Of a DNA stretch of 64,000 bases, positions 9,612 to 20,126 are shown one piece after another. The position numbers and the translations under genes were made by a program. The stretch lies in assembly GCA_036489565.1 (NCBI GenBank), contig DASXFN010000020.1:392-64391 (forward strand), written 5' to 3'. Every line of letters starts with the position of its first letter. Position 1 is the first letter of the stretch. Source of the stretch: Terriglobales bacterium. Its GTDB lineage: Bacteria > Acidobacteriota > Terriglobia > Terriglobales > Acidobacteriaceae. The notes beneath the pieces were generated by a model. The model saw only the letters and a program-made list of their open reading frames with translations, had not been told where the DNA came from and ran no database searches.

Positions 9612-11282
9612 ATGGACCTAAAACACCGCAGCCGCAACATCACCGATGGACGCGATCAGGCCCCGGCGCGCGCCATGTTCAAAGCAATCGGATTTTCTGA
9701 CAGCGACCTGGCCAAGCCCATCATCGGCATCGCCAACACCTGGATCGAAACCATGCCCTGCAACTTTCATCTGCGCCGTTTATCGGCCAAGGTAAAGGAA
9801 GGGATTCGCGCGGCCGGCGGCACGCCGATGGAATTTAACACCATCGCGATTTCCGACGGCGAAACCATGGGCACCGAAGGCATGCGGGCTTCGCTTGTGA
9901 GCCGTGAGGTCATCGCGGATTCCATTGAACTGGTTTGCCGCGGGCAGTTGTTCGATGCGGTCGTTTGTGTTGTGGGCTGCGATAAGACCATTCCTGCCGC
10001 TGGCATGGCTCTTGCGCGCATGAACCTGCCAGGTTTGGTTCTGTACGGAGGGACGATTGCTCCGGGAAAATTTCGCGGCAAAGACATCACCATTCAAGAT
10101 GTGTTTGAAGCAGTGGGCGCGAATGCCGCTGGCAAAATGAGCGATGCTGATCTGCTGGAAGTTGAAAACAACGCTTGCCCGAATGCCGGCGCATGCGGCG
10201 GCCAATACACCGCGAACACCATGTCCACGGTAATGGAACTCATTGGGCTCTCGCCGATGGGCTTTAACAGCGTTCCCGCCATGGAAGCTCGCAAAGATGA
10301 AATCGCATTCCGCTGCGGCGAGGTAGTGATGAATGCCCTCAAAAAGGGAATTCGTCCGCGAGATATCCTGACGCGCAAGGCATTTGAAAATGCAATTGCT
10401 GGCGTCGCCACCACCGGCGGTTCCACCAACGCGGTGCTGCATTTGCTGGCAATCTCTCGCGAAGCCGAACTTCCATTGCAGATTGATGACTTCCAAAAGG
10501 TCAGCGAGCGCACGCCTCTGCTTTGCGACCTGAAACCTTCAGGACGTTTCGTTGCCACCGACGTAGATAAAGCCGGAGGCATTCCCGTCATCGCCAAGCG
10601 TTTGCTCGACGGCAAACATGTGGACGGTTCCACGCTTACTGTAACGGGGAAAACTTTCGCGGAAGAAGCGAATGCGGCGAAGGAAACTTCCGGTCAGGAA
10701 GTGATCGCGCCTCTCGACCGTCCTCTAAAGAAAACCGGCGGTCTGGTCATCCTCCGTGGCAATCTTGCGCCGGATGGCTGCGTGGCGAAGATCAGTAGCC
10801 ATGAACGCTTGTCGCATCGCGGCCCCGCGCGAGTGTTCGAATCGGAAGAAGAAGCGATGGCTGCGGTTACGGGAAAGAAAATTAAAGCCGGTGACGTAGT
10901 CGTGATTCGCAACGAAGGCCCCAAGGGTGGCCCCGGCATGCGCGAAATGCTGAGCGTCACCGGTGCGATTGTTGGCGAAGGTTTGGGTTCTTCTGTTGCG
11001 CTGATGACCGATGGCCGTTTCAGCGGTGCCACTCACGGCTTGATGATGGGCCACGTCGCGCCAGAAGCAGCACTCGGCGGGCCGATTGCTGCCGTCAAAG
11101 AAGGCGACACCATCAATATTGACGTCAATAAACGCGTAGTTGACGTAGAAATCAGCAAAGAAGAAATGGATAAACGGCTGAAAGAATGGAAACCCAAGCC
11201 GCCGCGTTACACGACCGGAGTTTTTGCGAAGTATGCGGCGCTGGTGGCATCGGCGGGCGAAGGGGCGATTACGAAGGCTTGA
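9612..11282 (+). CDS. ilvD: Dihydroxy-acid dehydratase
   Basis: 556 aa with IlvD/Edd family sequence ([22 protein letters not shown]). Confidence 0.97.
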   Translation: MDLKHRSRNITDGRDQAPARAMFKAIGFSDSDLAKPIIGIANTWIETMPCNFHLRRLSAKVKEGIRAAGGTPMEFNTIAISDGETMGTEGMRASLVSREVIADSIELVCRGQLFDAVVCVVGCDKTIPAAGMALARMNLPGLVLYGGTIAPGKFRGKDITIQDVFEAVGANAAGKMSDADLLEVENNACPNAGACGGQYTANTMSTVMELIGLSPMGFNSVPAMEARKDEIAFRCGEVVMNALKKGIRPRDILTRKAFENAIAGVATTGGSTNAVLHLLAISREAELPLQIDDFQKVSERTPLLCDLKPSGRFVATDVDKAGGIPVIAKRLLDGKHVDGSTLTVTGKTFAEEANAAKETSGQEVIAPLDRPLKKTGGLVILRGNLAPDGCVAKISSHERLSHRGPARVFESEEEAMAAVTGKKIKAGDVVVIRNEGPKGGPGMREMLSVTGAIVGEGLGSSVALMTDGRFSGATHGLMMGHVAPEAALGGPIAAVKEGDTINIDVNKRVVDVEISKEEMDKRLKEWKPKPPRYTTGVFAKYAALVASAGEGAITKA

Positions 11283-11355
11283 GTAGGTTGCTAAACGAGC
11301 CGCCGGGTCGGAGACCCGGCGCTACGCGGGCATCATCGCTATGCGAATCAATTAA

Positions 11356-11385
11356 TGGAGCGACGGGCGTGCTCGCCGTCAATAT
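11356..11385. repeat. Short dispersed hairpin repeat (TGGAGCGACGGGCGTGCTCGCCGTCAATAT), second copy at 63918
   Basis: Near-identical 30-mer at 63918-63948. Both are intergenic. Confidence 0.6.
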
Positions 11386-11392
11386 CCCGGTG

Positions 11393-12491
11393 CTAATTGC
11401 CATCCCGACGCATTTTCAGGTAGGCGGTGATAAACGGCTGAAGGTCGCCGTCAATCACGCGGTCCACGTCGCCGACTTCAGTTTTTGTGCGATGGTCTTT
11501 GATCATGCGGTAAGGCTGTAAGACGTAAGAACGAATCTGCGATCCGAAATCTATGTCCAGCTTTGAGTCTTCAATTTTCTTGGTGGCCTCGCGCTTCTTC
11601 TCCATCTCATATTCGTAGAGCTTCGAACGCAGCATCTTCATGGCGCGTTCGCGATTCTTATGTTGCGAGCGCTCATTTTGGCAACTGGCTACGAGTCCGG
11701 TGGGAATGTGAGTGATGCGCACCGCCGAGTCGGTCGTGTTCACGTGCTGGCCACCCTTGCCACCAGAGCGATAGGTATCGGTGCGAATGTCCTCGGGCTT
11801 AATGACGACTTCAATGCTGTCATCAATTTCCGGAGAAACATAAACGCTGGCAAACGACGTATGGCGGCGCTTGGCCTGGTCGAAGGGAGAAATGCGAACC
11901 AGCCGATGCACGCCAATTTCGCTAGCTAGCAAACCGTAGGCATATTCTCCGTTTACGGCAAAGGTCACGGATTTCACTCCCGCCTCTTCGCCCGGTTGGT
12001 AATCATAAACAACAGTCTGGAAGTCGCGCTGCTCGGCCCATCGCAAATACATCCGCAGCAACATGTCAGCCCAATCCTGTGACTCCGTTCCACCCGCGCC
12101 GGGATGGATGGTGACGATGGCATTGAGGCGGTCATTCTGCCCGGAAAGTAAACTCTGCGTCTCCAGCTTTTCCACCAACGCCCGCAGCGCATCGAGCTCG
12201 CGGCGCAAATCGGCGTCCACGTTTTCGCCCTCGCGGGCCAGGTCGAAGTAAGCGGAAATATCGTCGCCGCGGCGCACCAAATCGGCCTCAGTGGCCAACA
12301 CATCTTCCAGGCGCTTTTTCTCGCGCATCACTTGCTGGGATTTTTGTGGATTGGACCACAGATTCGGGTCCGCGGCCTGTTTTTCAACTTCGGTTAGCTG
12401 CTCACGGCTCTTGCCGGCGTCAAAGATACTCCCGAAGGTCGTGGACTTTGTTCTTCAGTACCGCGTATTCCTGCTCGAATTCTCCGACCAT
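11393..12491 (-). CDS. prfB: Peptide chain release factor 2, requires programmed +1 frameshift at 12419-12425
   Basis: Listed ORF 11393..12331 has the SPF and GGQ motifs (RISPFD, SGGKGGQHVNTTDS). The short upstream frame ATG 12491 ... CTT TGA C encodes MVGEFEQEYAVLKNKVHDLREYL-stop, and the +1 frame continues DAGKSREQLTEVEKQAADPNLWSNPQKSQQVMREKK into the long ORF. Confidence 0.95.
12419..12425 (-). other. RF2 autoregulatory +1 frameshift site CTT TGA C, with upstream SD-like GGGAG
   Basis: The minus strand reads CGG GAG TAT CTT TGA C. This is the same heptamer as E. coli prfB. Confidence 0.9.
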
Positions 12492-12496
12492 GGCGG

Positions 12497-14092
12497 CTAG
12501 GATTTCCTCTTTTTTAAGAATGGAAGGCGCATGAACAGCGCCACTAGAGAAATTATCGCACAGAGATAAGCGAACCAGTCACCGTGCCGGGTGTAGAAAG
12601 TAGTTTCACGGGAGAGCGCATACTGCGCCTGCAAAGCGGTGCGCGCTTTTCTTGGGGCGCTGGCCACGATTCGTCCGTAGGGATCAACCGACGCGGTCAC
12701 GCCGGTGTTGGTGTCGAGCAATAGCCAGCGAGCGTTCTCCACGGCGCGCATGCGCGACTGCTTCAAATGTTGCGCGTAGGCGCCGCTGTCGCCATACCAG
12801 CCGTCATTGGAAAGGTTCACAAAAACCTGTGCTCCGTTTTTCGCAAACTGGCGGACTTCATCCGGGAAAATCGATTCGTAGCATATGAAAACGCCCAGGC
12901 CAGTTCCATCCGCTTGCAAGGGCTCGCGGGAACTGCCAGAAGAGAAGTCGCCGACCGCTTGTGTCAAGCCTCCGGCAAAGGAGAAAATGCGTTTGAAGGG
13001 AACGTATTCGCCGAATGGGACCAGGTGAACTTTGTCATAGCGGGCGGTCCACTCTCCGGTGGGACTCACAAGCGATGCGGAATTGAACAACGTCTGCCCT
13101 GGCTTTCCTTCGTCGTAAACGGTGACATCGCCGGCCAGCACCCAGCTCCCGGTTTGGCGGGCGATGTTGCTTAAAGCGTCGCGAAATCGAGCGTCATCTT
13201 CATAAAAAGGCGCGGGGGATTCGGGCCAGACGACGAGATTTGATTGCTTCGCGGGGCTTGCGCCGGGTGCGCTGAGGTTGGGTTCACTTAGCTTGGTTAG
13301 TTCCCGCAGCGTTGTCTGAAAGTATTCGCGGGTCCAGTCGCGTTCATCAATTGCGGGAATATTCGACTGCACCAGTGTAGCGGTATGGTCGGCAGGAAAC
13401 TCCGGCGCGCTTACCAGGCTGCCCGCCTGCAAAACTATGGCCGCGCCAATAGCCGCTACAAACAGCGAGGTCCTTTTTTCGCGACGCACCAGCAAAGCTG
13501 CGGCCAATGCCGCGTTTACCACCAGAATCTCGAACGATAAGCCGTACACTCCGGTGAAGCTGGCAATCCGCGAGAGGGGAATATTGTCCACCTGCGAAAT
13601 TCCCAGAAGGTTCCAGGGAAATCCGGTAATGCGGGTGCGGGCCAGTTCCACCGCAACCCAAACTGGAGGAGCCAGCAGCAAAGCATTGCGGCTGAAGGAA
13701 CTATTGTCCGCTAGAAGGCTGATCACCAAACCGAATAACCCGTGGTAAAGGGCCAGATAGAGGCAAAACAAGATGAGGACGCCGACCGCAGCGGCCACGC
13801 TCAGTCCGCCATACTGGTGCATGGTGCTGTAAATCCAGTAGCAAGTGCCCGCATACCAGAGGATTCCGCAAACGTAAGCCAGCAGAAAGGCCTGTAGCGG
13901 GCGCGCTGGCAACAGCTTCACGCCTTCGGTGAATTGCAAAGTATTCGGACGGCGGCCCCGCAAGAGAGCGATTAGTAGAGGCGCAAGCGCGATCCAGCCC
14001 AGAAAATACAGATTGGGAAGAGGGAAAATCAGAATTTGGAGAATGGCTGAGATGAAAATCAGTATCCAGGCGTTTTGATGAATCTTTCCCAC
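12497..14092 (-). CDS. lnt: Apolipoprotein N-acyltransferase
   Basis: Multi-TM N-terminus plus C-terminal CN-hydrolase domain (VVWPES, VFICYESIFPDEVR). GTG start. The stop lies 5 nt before the prfB start. Confidence 0.92.
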   Translation of the reverse strand: MGKIHQNAWILIFISAILQILIFPLPNLYFLGWIALAPLLIALLRGRRPNTLQFTEGVKLLPARPLQAFLLAYVCGILWYAGTCYWIYSTMHQYGGLSVAAAVGVLILFCLYLALYHGLFGLVISLLADNSSFSRNALLLAPPVWVAVELARTRITGFPWNLLGISQVDNIPLSRIASFTGVYGLSFEILVVNAALAAALLVRREKRTSLFVAAIGAAIVLQAGSLVSAPEFPADHTATLVQSNIPAIDERDWTREYFQTTLRELTKLSEPNLSAPGASPAKQSNLVVWPESPAPFYEDDARFRDALSNIARQTGSWVLAGDVTVYDEGKPGQTLFNSASLVSPTGEWTARYDKVHLVPFGEYVPFKRIFSFAGGLTQAVGDFSSGSSREPLQADGTGLGVFICYESIFPDEVRQFAKNGAQVFVNLSNDGWYGDSGAYAQHLKQSRMRAVENARWLLLDTNTGVTASVDPYGRIVASAPRKARTALQAQYALSRETTFYTRHGDWFAYLCAIISLVALFMRLPFLKKRKS

Positions 14093-14377
14093 GCGGTAAG
14101 CATAACAAATTCATCTCTTGGACTGACCCACCGCACCGATCGTGGTCAAAACGTATTGCCTCTATTAATTTTTCCAACTATGCGGAACTCGGGCTATCGG
14201 CTAAGATTGCCAAGCGATGGCAATTGTGGCTACTATAAGCGTTCGTTTGCGCAGAATGCTGTTCGCCCCAGGAGTCATTGGAGCGGCGGTGATCCTATTT
14301 TTAAGCGCCATTGAAGACCTTAAAACTCAATTGCCATCAGGCAGATCCGCCTTTCACGAGACCACCTAACCAACCGA

Positions 14378-16774
14378 ATGGCTAGCCCCTTTCAACCTGG
14401 TTCATCCACATCAGACCGCGTGCGCATTGTCGTTGCCACGTCGGTCATGCTCACTTTCATTTCATACTGGCGAGCCGCCGCCATTGTGCTCAATGACCTG
14501 GGCTCGTCCGCGTTTTATGCGGCGGGTATCGCGGAACAGGCAGTAGGGAAGTCCGCGCCCTGGTTCATTGTCGGGGTCATGCTGTTTTCCTTCACGGTGC
14601 GGGCGGTTTACGTGGAAAGCTGCTCGATGTTTGTGCGCGGCGGTGTTTACAAAGTCGTCAAAGAAGCGCTGGGTGGGACCCTGGCAAAGGTCAGCGTTTC
14701 GGCGCTGATGTTCGACTACATTCTGACGGGGCCTATTTCCGGAGTTTCCGCCGGGCAGTACATCGCGGGACTCATCAATTCCATTCTGCAGACCGCGGAA
14801 GTCCACGGTTGGGTACCGCGTGCGTTGCATATGATGACGCACGGCACGCCGCACGTGAATGAGAATTGGACGTCCGTGGTGTTCGCGCTTGCCGTGACTG
14901 TCTACTTTTGGTGGGAAAACACCAAGGGCATTCAAGAGTCGAGTGAAAAGGCGCTTCGCGTCATGCAGATCACCACAGTGATGGTGATCATTCTTCTGGC
15001 GTGGTCGGCGCTCACTCTTTTCAAGCAAGGCTACCAGACGGTTCCGTTCCCCACGCCCGGGAATCTCCACTTCAGCAAGGAAGCGCTGGGTTTCTTGAAG
15101 CATACGGACCTGGCCTCCAACCTGGCGCGGAAGTTCGGCCTGCTGGGAATTTTGATTGCTTTCGGCCATTCGGTATTGGCCATGAGCGGCGAGGAATCAT
15201 TGGCCCAGGTCAACCGCGAGTTGGCCCATCCCAAACTGAAGAACCTGAAGCGGGCAGCCATCATCATCGCAATTTACAGTTTCATGTTTACCGGCCTGAC
15301 CGCGCTGCTGTTTGTGATGATCATTCCTGACGCGGTGCGTGTGCCGATCTACAAGGACAATTTAATCGCTGGCCTGGCGATGTACATGTGGGGCCCGCAA
15401 TTGCTCCGGCTGGTCTTCCGCGCGTTCGTGGTCGTCGTGGGATTTCTTATCCTTTCCGGCGCGGTGAATACGGCCATCATCGGCTCCAATGGCGTTCTAA
15501 ACCGCGTTTCGGAAGATGGTGTTCTTAGCGACTGGTTCCGACACCCTCACAAGCGCTTCGGCACAAGCTACCGGATCATCAACATGGTGGTTATCCTCCA
15601 ATTGATCACCATCCTGTGGAGCAAGGGCGATGTGTACCTGTTGGGCGAAGCCTATGCCTTCGGAGTGATCTGGAGTTTTACCTTCAATGCCCTGGCCATG
15701 CTGGTTTTGCGCTTCAAGTACAAGGGCGAGCGCGGCTGGAAGGTGCCTCCCAACATCACTATCGGAAAGACGGAAATTCCGATTGGTCTCGCTTCTGTAT
15801 TTCTGGTTTTATTCGCCACCGCGATCGTGAACCTTTTCACGAAGTCGGTGGCCACCATCGCCGGAGTTGCTTTCGCGGGGTCATTTTTCCTGATCTTCAC
15901 GATCTCCGAAAAAGTGAATCACCGTAAGCATGCGCAGGCCCAACTGGAGATGAGGGAACACTTCCAGTTGCAGCAGAGCGCCACGGTGGATCGGGAAGAG
16001 ATCGGGATACGTCCTGGCAACGTGCTGATCACGGCCCGCGATTACAACACGCTCAACCATCTGAAATGGGCGCTGCAACGGATTGATACAAAAGATCAGG
16101 ACATTGTGGTGATGTCGGCCCGCGTGAGTCCGTTTGGCGCGGCAGCTTACGATCTTTCGACCGAACAGATTTTCAGCGATTACGAGCAGCGCCTCTTCAC
16201 GCGCGCGGTTTCGGTGGCGGAAAGTTCAGGGAAAAAGATTTCCTTGCTGGTGGTCCCAGCGCGCGACGTGTGGTCGGCGATTGTGCAGACGGCGAACAAT
16301 CTGGAATCTTCCGCCGTGGTTACGGGAGTCTCCGGCAAAATGACGACCCAGGAGCAGGCTTTCGAATTGGGCCGCGCATGGGAGAGCGCCCCGGACCCGA
16401 AGCGTCAATTCGTGGTGCAGATTGTATATCCAAATTTGCAGGTGGATACGTATCGGATTGGACCGCATACGCCCTCCATGAAGACCGAAGACGTGCATCT
16501 GGTGCATCGGCTGTGGCTGAATATTACGCATGAAACCGGGCTGGGCAAACTGCACCACCACGATATTCTTACCGAAGCGCTTACCAGGTTTGCCCGCGAC
16601 TATGCTGGACATGAGCACGATCAAATCGTGCAGGATCTGCGCCGCGCTGCTGGGATTACCGAGAAAAATGCCGAGCCGGTCAAAACGCAATCTTTGCCGC
16701 CTGCGCCGGGCGATAGTCGTTCTAGTCGCGCCGAAGAGGACAATCCCACGGATCCTTCTGGAGGAAATTCCTAA
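14378..16774 (+). CDS. APC-superfamily (amino acid/polyamine) permease fused to a C-terminal cytoplasmic USP-like domain
   Basis: 798 aa. About 12 TM helices in the first ~520 aa, then a soluble alpha/beta region (DIVVMSARV..., LLVVPARDVWSAIVQTA). Confidence 0.8.
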   Translation: MASPFQPGSSTSDRVRIVVATSVMLTFISYWRAAAIVLNDLGSSAFYAAGIAEQAVGKSAPWFIVGVMLFSFTVRAVYVESCSMFVRGGVYKVVKEALGGTLAKVSVSALMFDYILTGPISGVSAGQYIAGLINSILQTAEVHGWVPRALHMMTHGTPHVNENWTSVVFALAVTVYFWWENTKGIQESSEKALRVMQITTVMVIILLAWSALTLFKQGYQTVPFPTPGNLHFSKEALGFLKHTDLASNLARKFGLLGILIAFGHSVLAMSGEESLAQVNRELAHPKLKNLKRAAIIIAIYSFMFTGLTALLFVMIIPDAVRVPIYKDNLIAGLAMYMWGPQLLRLVFRAFVVVVGFLILSGAVNTAIIGSNGVLNRVSEDGVLSDWFRHPHKRFGTSYRIINMVVILQLITILWSKGDVYLLGEAYAFGVIWSFTFNALAMLVLRFKYKGERGWKVPPNITIGKTEIPIGLASVFLVLFATAIVNLFTKSVATIAGVAFAGSFFLIFTISEKVNHRKHAQAQLEMREHFQLQQSATVDREEIGIRPGNVLITARDYNTLNHLKWALQRIDTKDQDIVVMSARVSPFGAAAYDLSTEQIFSDYEQRLFTRAVSVAESSGKKISLLVVPARDVWSAIVQTANNLESSAVVTGVSGKMTTQEQAFELGRAWESAPDPKRQFVVQIVYPNLQVDTYRIGPHTPSMKTEDVHLVHRLWLNITHETGLGKLHHHDILTEALTRFARDYAGHEHDQIVQDLRRAAGITEKNAEPVKTQSLPPAPGDSRSSRAEEDNPTDPSGGNS

Positions 16775-16845
16775 ACTTTCAACTGCGGCGATTCGCGCCG
16801 TGACTTTTACAAAGCAGCTCCCGTTGATTGGTTCCGTTTAGCCAC

Positions 16846-17841
16846 TTAACCACGCCGCGCGAATCGCGCCACAGCCGCTAGTTGCTTCAGATATTCCCTG
16901 AGCGGGCGTGCGGGTGTTCCCCAAAAAGCTTCACCTTTGCCGCGCAGAACTTTTCCGGGCAGCACTCCGCCCTGGCCTCCGAGCATTACGCCTTCTTGAA
17001 TGCGTGCGCCTTCGCCAATACCCACTTGGCCTCCCAGCAGAACATTTTTTTCCAGAGTGACGCTGCCTGAGAGTCCAGTTTGCGCTGCGACGACGACATC
17101 TTCGCCGATCTGGCAGTTGTGGCCGATATGCACCAAGTTGTCAATCTTCGCGCCGCGCGCGACGCGCGTGACCTCCAGCGCGCCCCGATCAATGGTTGAG
17201 TTGGCTCCGATCTCGACGTCGTCGGCAATCTCCAGCCGTCCAATCTGCGGGAACTTTTCATAGTGGCCGGTGGCTTTGTCGCGGACATATCCGAACCCAT
17301 CGCTGCCCAGCACGGCGCCAGCGTGCACGATCACGTGGTTCCCGAGCGTTGTTCCCGAATAGATCGTCACATTGGGATAAATCTCGCAGTCCTGCCCGAT
17401 TGCTACTCCGGCGCCAACCACGCAGCCAGCGGCGATGCGCGTGCCACTTCCGATCTGGACGCCCGGCCCTATCACGGCGCGGGCGGCAATCGCTACGTCC
17501 GCCGCGAGCTTTGCCGAAGGATCTACCGTCGCGGATTCGTGAATGCCGGCAGTCGCGTCAGGGCGAGGGTAAAGTAGCCGGGCCGCGCGTGCGAAAGCCA
17601 GTTTGGGATGTTTCGCTATCAGCAATGGCTTGGAGGAAGTTGTGTCTGCGGCAAAATCGCCTGCCAGTATTGCCGCGGCCGGTGACGCGAACGCGGCCCG
17701 CAGATGTTTTTCATTTTCCACGAAAACCAAATCCCGCGGCGACGCGGATTGCAAGCTGGCGATTCCCGAGACCATGACTCCGCCATCTCCTGCCACTTGC
17801 GCCCGCACGAATTCCGCAATCTCTTTTACGGAGACTTTCAT
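16846..17841 (-). CDS. lpxD: UDP-3-O-acylglucosamine N-acyltransferase
   Basis: 331 aa with N-terminal LpxD domain and long left-handed hexapeptide repeat region (IGANSTIDRGA..., VHIGHNCQIGEDV). Confidence 0.93.
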   Translation of the reverse strand: MKVSVKEIAEFVRAQVAGDGGVMVSGIASLQSASPRDLVFVENEKHLRAAFASPAAAILAGDFAADTTSSKPLLIAKHPKLAFARAARLLYPRPDATAGIHESATVDPSAKLAADVAIAARAVIGPGVQIGSGTRIAAGCVVGAGVAIGQDCEIYPNVTIYSGTTLGNHVIVHAGAVLGSDGFGYVRDKATGHYEKFPQIGRLEIADDVEIGANSTIDRGALEVTRVARGAKIDNLVHIGHNCQIGEDVVVAAQTGLSGSVTLEKNVLLGGQVGIGEGARIQEGVMLGGQGGVLPGKVLRGKGEAFWGTPARPLREYLKQLAAVARFARRG

Positions 17842-17900
17842 GGTTATAGGTTTTATACGTTTGTGATCGGAAAGAAAAGCAGCAAGGCTAGAATACGAAA

Positions 17901-18044
17901 ATGGAGCGAAAGGTATTCTGGATGTGTTTTACGGTCCTCGGCGTGATCGCGGATCTTACCTTAGGAATCTGGTGGGGCCTTGCGGCAACCATTCCCATCG
18001 TGTACGTAAGTTGGTGGGTCGCCTACCGGAGCGATTGGTTCTAA
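17901..18044 (+). CDS. Possible 47-aa membrane peptide (below the ORF-track cutoff)
   Basis: ATG 17901 to TAA 18042-18044 gives MERKVFWMCFTVLGVIADLTLGIWWGLAATIPIVYVSWWVAYRSDWF, which looks like two Trp-rich hydrophobic segments. No clear SD. Confidence 0.3.
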   Translation: MERKVFWMCFTVLGVIADLTLGIWWGLAATIPIVYVSWWVAYRSDWF

Positions 18045-18056
18045 CAGATTATCTTT

Positions 18057-18980
18057 TCAATACAGCGGGGGCGACCCTTCGGGCCTGGTCTTCCATCGGC
18101 GGTGCACCCACAGCCACTGTTCAGGATAACGCCGTACGTAATCCTCAATAATTTTCGTAAAGATTTGCGTGTTGGCCGTGATGTCTGCTTCGTTATTGTC
18201 GCTGCGGATTAAAGCGACGGCGGGATCGAAGCGCAGCCGATACTTTCTGAGCGCAGGGTCCCAGATGGTGAATCCCGGCACCACTGCGGCCCCCGTGCGC
18301 AACGCAATGCGAGCCAGACCGCTGGCCGTGCAGGCGGGAATATTGAAAAAGTTCACGAATATGCCCTGCGGCGGGGTCATGTTGGTGTCCATCAGGATGC
18401 CCACCACTTCTCCTTTGTTCATGGCCGAAAGCAAACCGCGGACGAAATCGCTTTTATCCACTACGGTATTGCCATGCATTGTCCGGTAACGGCGGACTAG
18501 AGCGTCCAGGTAAATGTTATCCAGCGGACGGGTCACAATGTGCATGGGATGACCGTGCATGGAGTGGGCGAAGGCGGAAAGCTCCCATCCGCCAAAATGC
18601 GCAGTCAGGAAGAGAACGCCTTTTCCCTGCGCCACGGCTTGCTCGTAGTTCTCGAATCCGTCGTACACAATCACGTTATTCAAATTCTGCAGCGTGTATT
18701 TGGGGAAGCGGCAAACCTCTGCCAATTGCCGTCCTAACGAGGTGAATTCTCCGCGCAGGATGCGCGCACGCTCCGCGCGGCTCTTTTCCGGGAAGGCCAG
18801 TTTCAGGTTGCGCATCCCGACATGCCGCAGGTGGGCATGCAGAAGATAAATCGTTTGTCCGAGCGAAATGCCAATGGCCCGCGCCAGCGGGCGCGGAAGC
18901 AGCCCGAGAATGGTGATAAACGGCCAGACCAGCGCGTATTCGAGTCGCTGCCGCATTAAGGGGAAGCGTGACGGTACCAT
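18057..18980 (-). CDS. Lipid A biosynthesis (Kdo2-lipid IVA) acyltransferase, LpxL/HtrB family
   Basis: 307 aa. Family sequence (LTAHFGGWE H-x4-E-like motif) and position next to lpxD. Confidence 0.85.
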   Translation of the reverse strand: MVPSRFPLMRQRLEYALVWPFITILGLLPRPLARAIGISLGQTIYLLHAHLRHVGMRNLKLAFPEKSRAERARILRGEFTSLGRQLAEVCRFPKYTLQNLNNVIVYDGFENYEQAVAQGKGVLFLTAHFGGWELSAFAHSMHGHPMHIVTRPLDNIYLDALVRRYRTMHGNTVVDKSDFVRGLLSAMNKGEVVGILMDTNMTPPQGIFVNFFNIPACTASGLARIALRTGAAVVPGFTIWDPALRKYRLRFDPAVALIRSDNNEADITANTQIFTKIIEDYVRRYPEQWLWVHRRWKTRPEGSPPLY

Positions 18981-19087
18981 TCACGGAAAATCAATGTCAA
19001 ACGGTCCAGCTCTTTAAAAGTAAACAAGTAAAAGCAAACAAGGCGCGATTTTGGCCGCGCCTTGTCACAATTTCTCCAAATCCAGGA

Positions 19088-19777
19088 TTATCTTGTCCCT
19101 GCCGCCTTGGCCCATTTCGCGAGGGTGCTCAAGAACGGATAAGACGCTTGCGGCGCTTCCATCCCTCCGGTCAAGGATGTTTTGAACGGCACTACATTGC
19201 CGTAGAATTCCTGCGTGCTGTCCTTGTCTTCGTTGATGACCGCCCCGTTCAGGGCAAGACCGGCGAAAACACCGCGGGCGCGGGAATAAGAGAGTACCTG
19301 TGCGCGCATCTTCCAGTCCGTATCGGCGGCGGCATGCCGTCCGACCGGCCCGGCGGCCACACTGGCATCCGCACCCAGCTTGAATTTGGAAGAAAGCAAG
19401 TTGTCCATGCCCTCGCGGTTCATGATGAGCATGACTAAATCAATTGCTTGGCCGCCGATTTGCAATCCAAAACTGCCGCCCTTGATGGCGAAAAATGCAG
19501 GCGCGCTCCAGCCTTTGGCAGTGCGGCAGCTGGCGACGCCGCGTCCGTAACGCGCGCCGATGACAAATCCGCCATTCAACATCGAGGGTACAACTGCGAC
19601 GCACTCTGCGGAGCTTAGTACTTCCGCTGGAATTCCTGTGTCGGGAGCGGACTGGATCTGGTCGAGGACTTTTGAGGCGGCATCCACACGCTGTGCCGCT
19701 TTGGTGCCACTTCCGTCGGCTGCCCAGGCCATCGCTGCCAGACAAAACACTACCCCTGCCACGTAAAGCTTTCTCAT
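19088..19777 (-). CDS. SYLF (Ysc84-like, DUF500) lipid-binding domain protein, secreted
   Basis: Signal peptide MRKLYVAGVVFCLAAMAWA. SYLF-like core (GGSFGLQIGG..., YSRARGVFAGLALNGAVI). ATG 19777 follows AGGAGA. Confidence 0.8.
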   Translation of the reverse strand: MRKLYVAGVVFCLAAMAWAADGSGTKAAQRVDAASKVLDQIQSAPDTGIPAEVLSSAECVAVVPSMLNGGFVIGARYGRGVASCRTAKGWSAPAFFAIKGGSFGLQIGGQAIDLVMLIMNREGMDNLLSSKFKLGADASVAAGPVGRHAAADTDWKMRAQVLSYSRARGVFAGLALNGAVINEDKDSTQEFYGNVVPFKTSLTGGMEAPQASYPFLSTLAKWAKAAGTR

Positions 19778-20126
19778 GGACTTCTCCTGGTTGAATCTTT
19801 GGATCAAAATTGTATGTAGCTGATTGTAAGAGATTCGCGAGTGAAAAAAATGGTTATCCGAAGTATCTTTGAAGAGGTTGTTGACTGATTTGGGGACAAA
19901 AAATTCGGGGCTGGTAGCGGCGACCCTAAATCTCCACTTCCAACCCCGTCTCCCAGGTTCTGTGGTAGGTGATGCGAGTATGCGTCAAGCGATATTGGGC
20001 CACAAGATTACCTAGGTCATTGTCCAGAAGTAATGCCGGAGATTCAGAGGGTTAAGTTTCGCGGAAAAAAGGAATGCGTAATAAAAAAATGCGTCCGCCG
20101 TGGGATTCTTGTGGGCAGCCGCAAAG

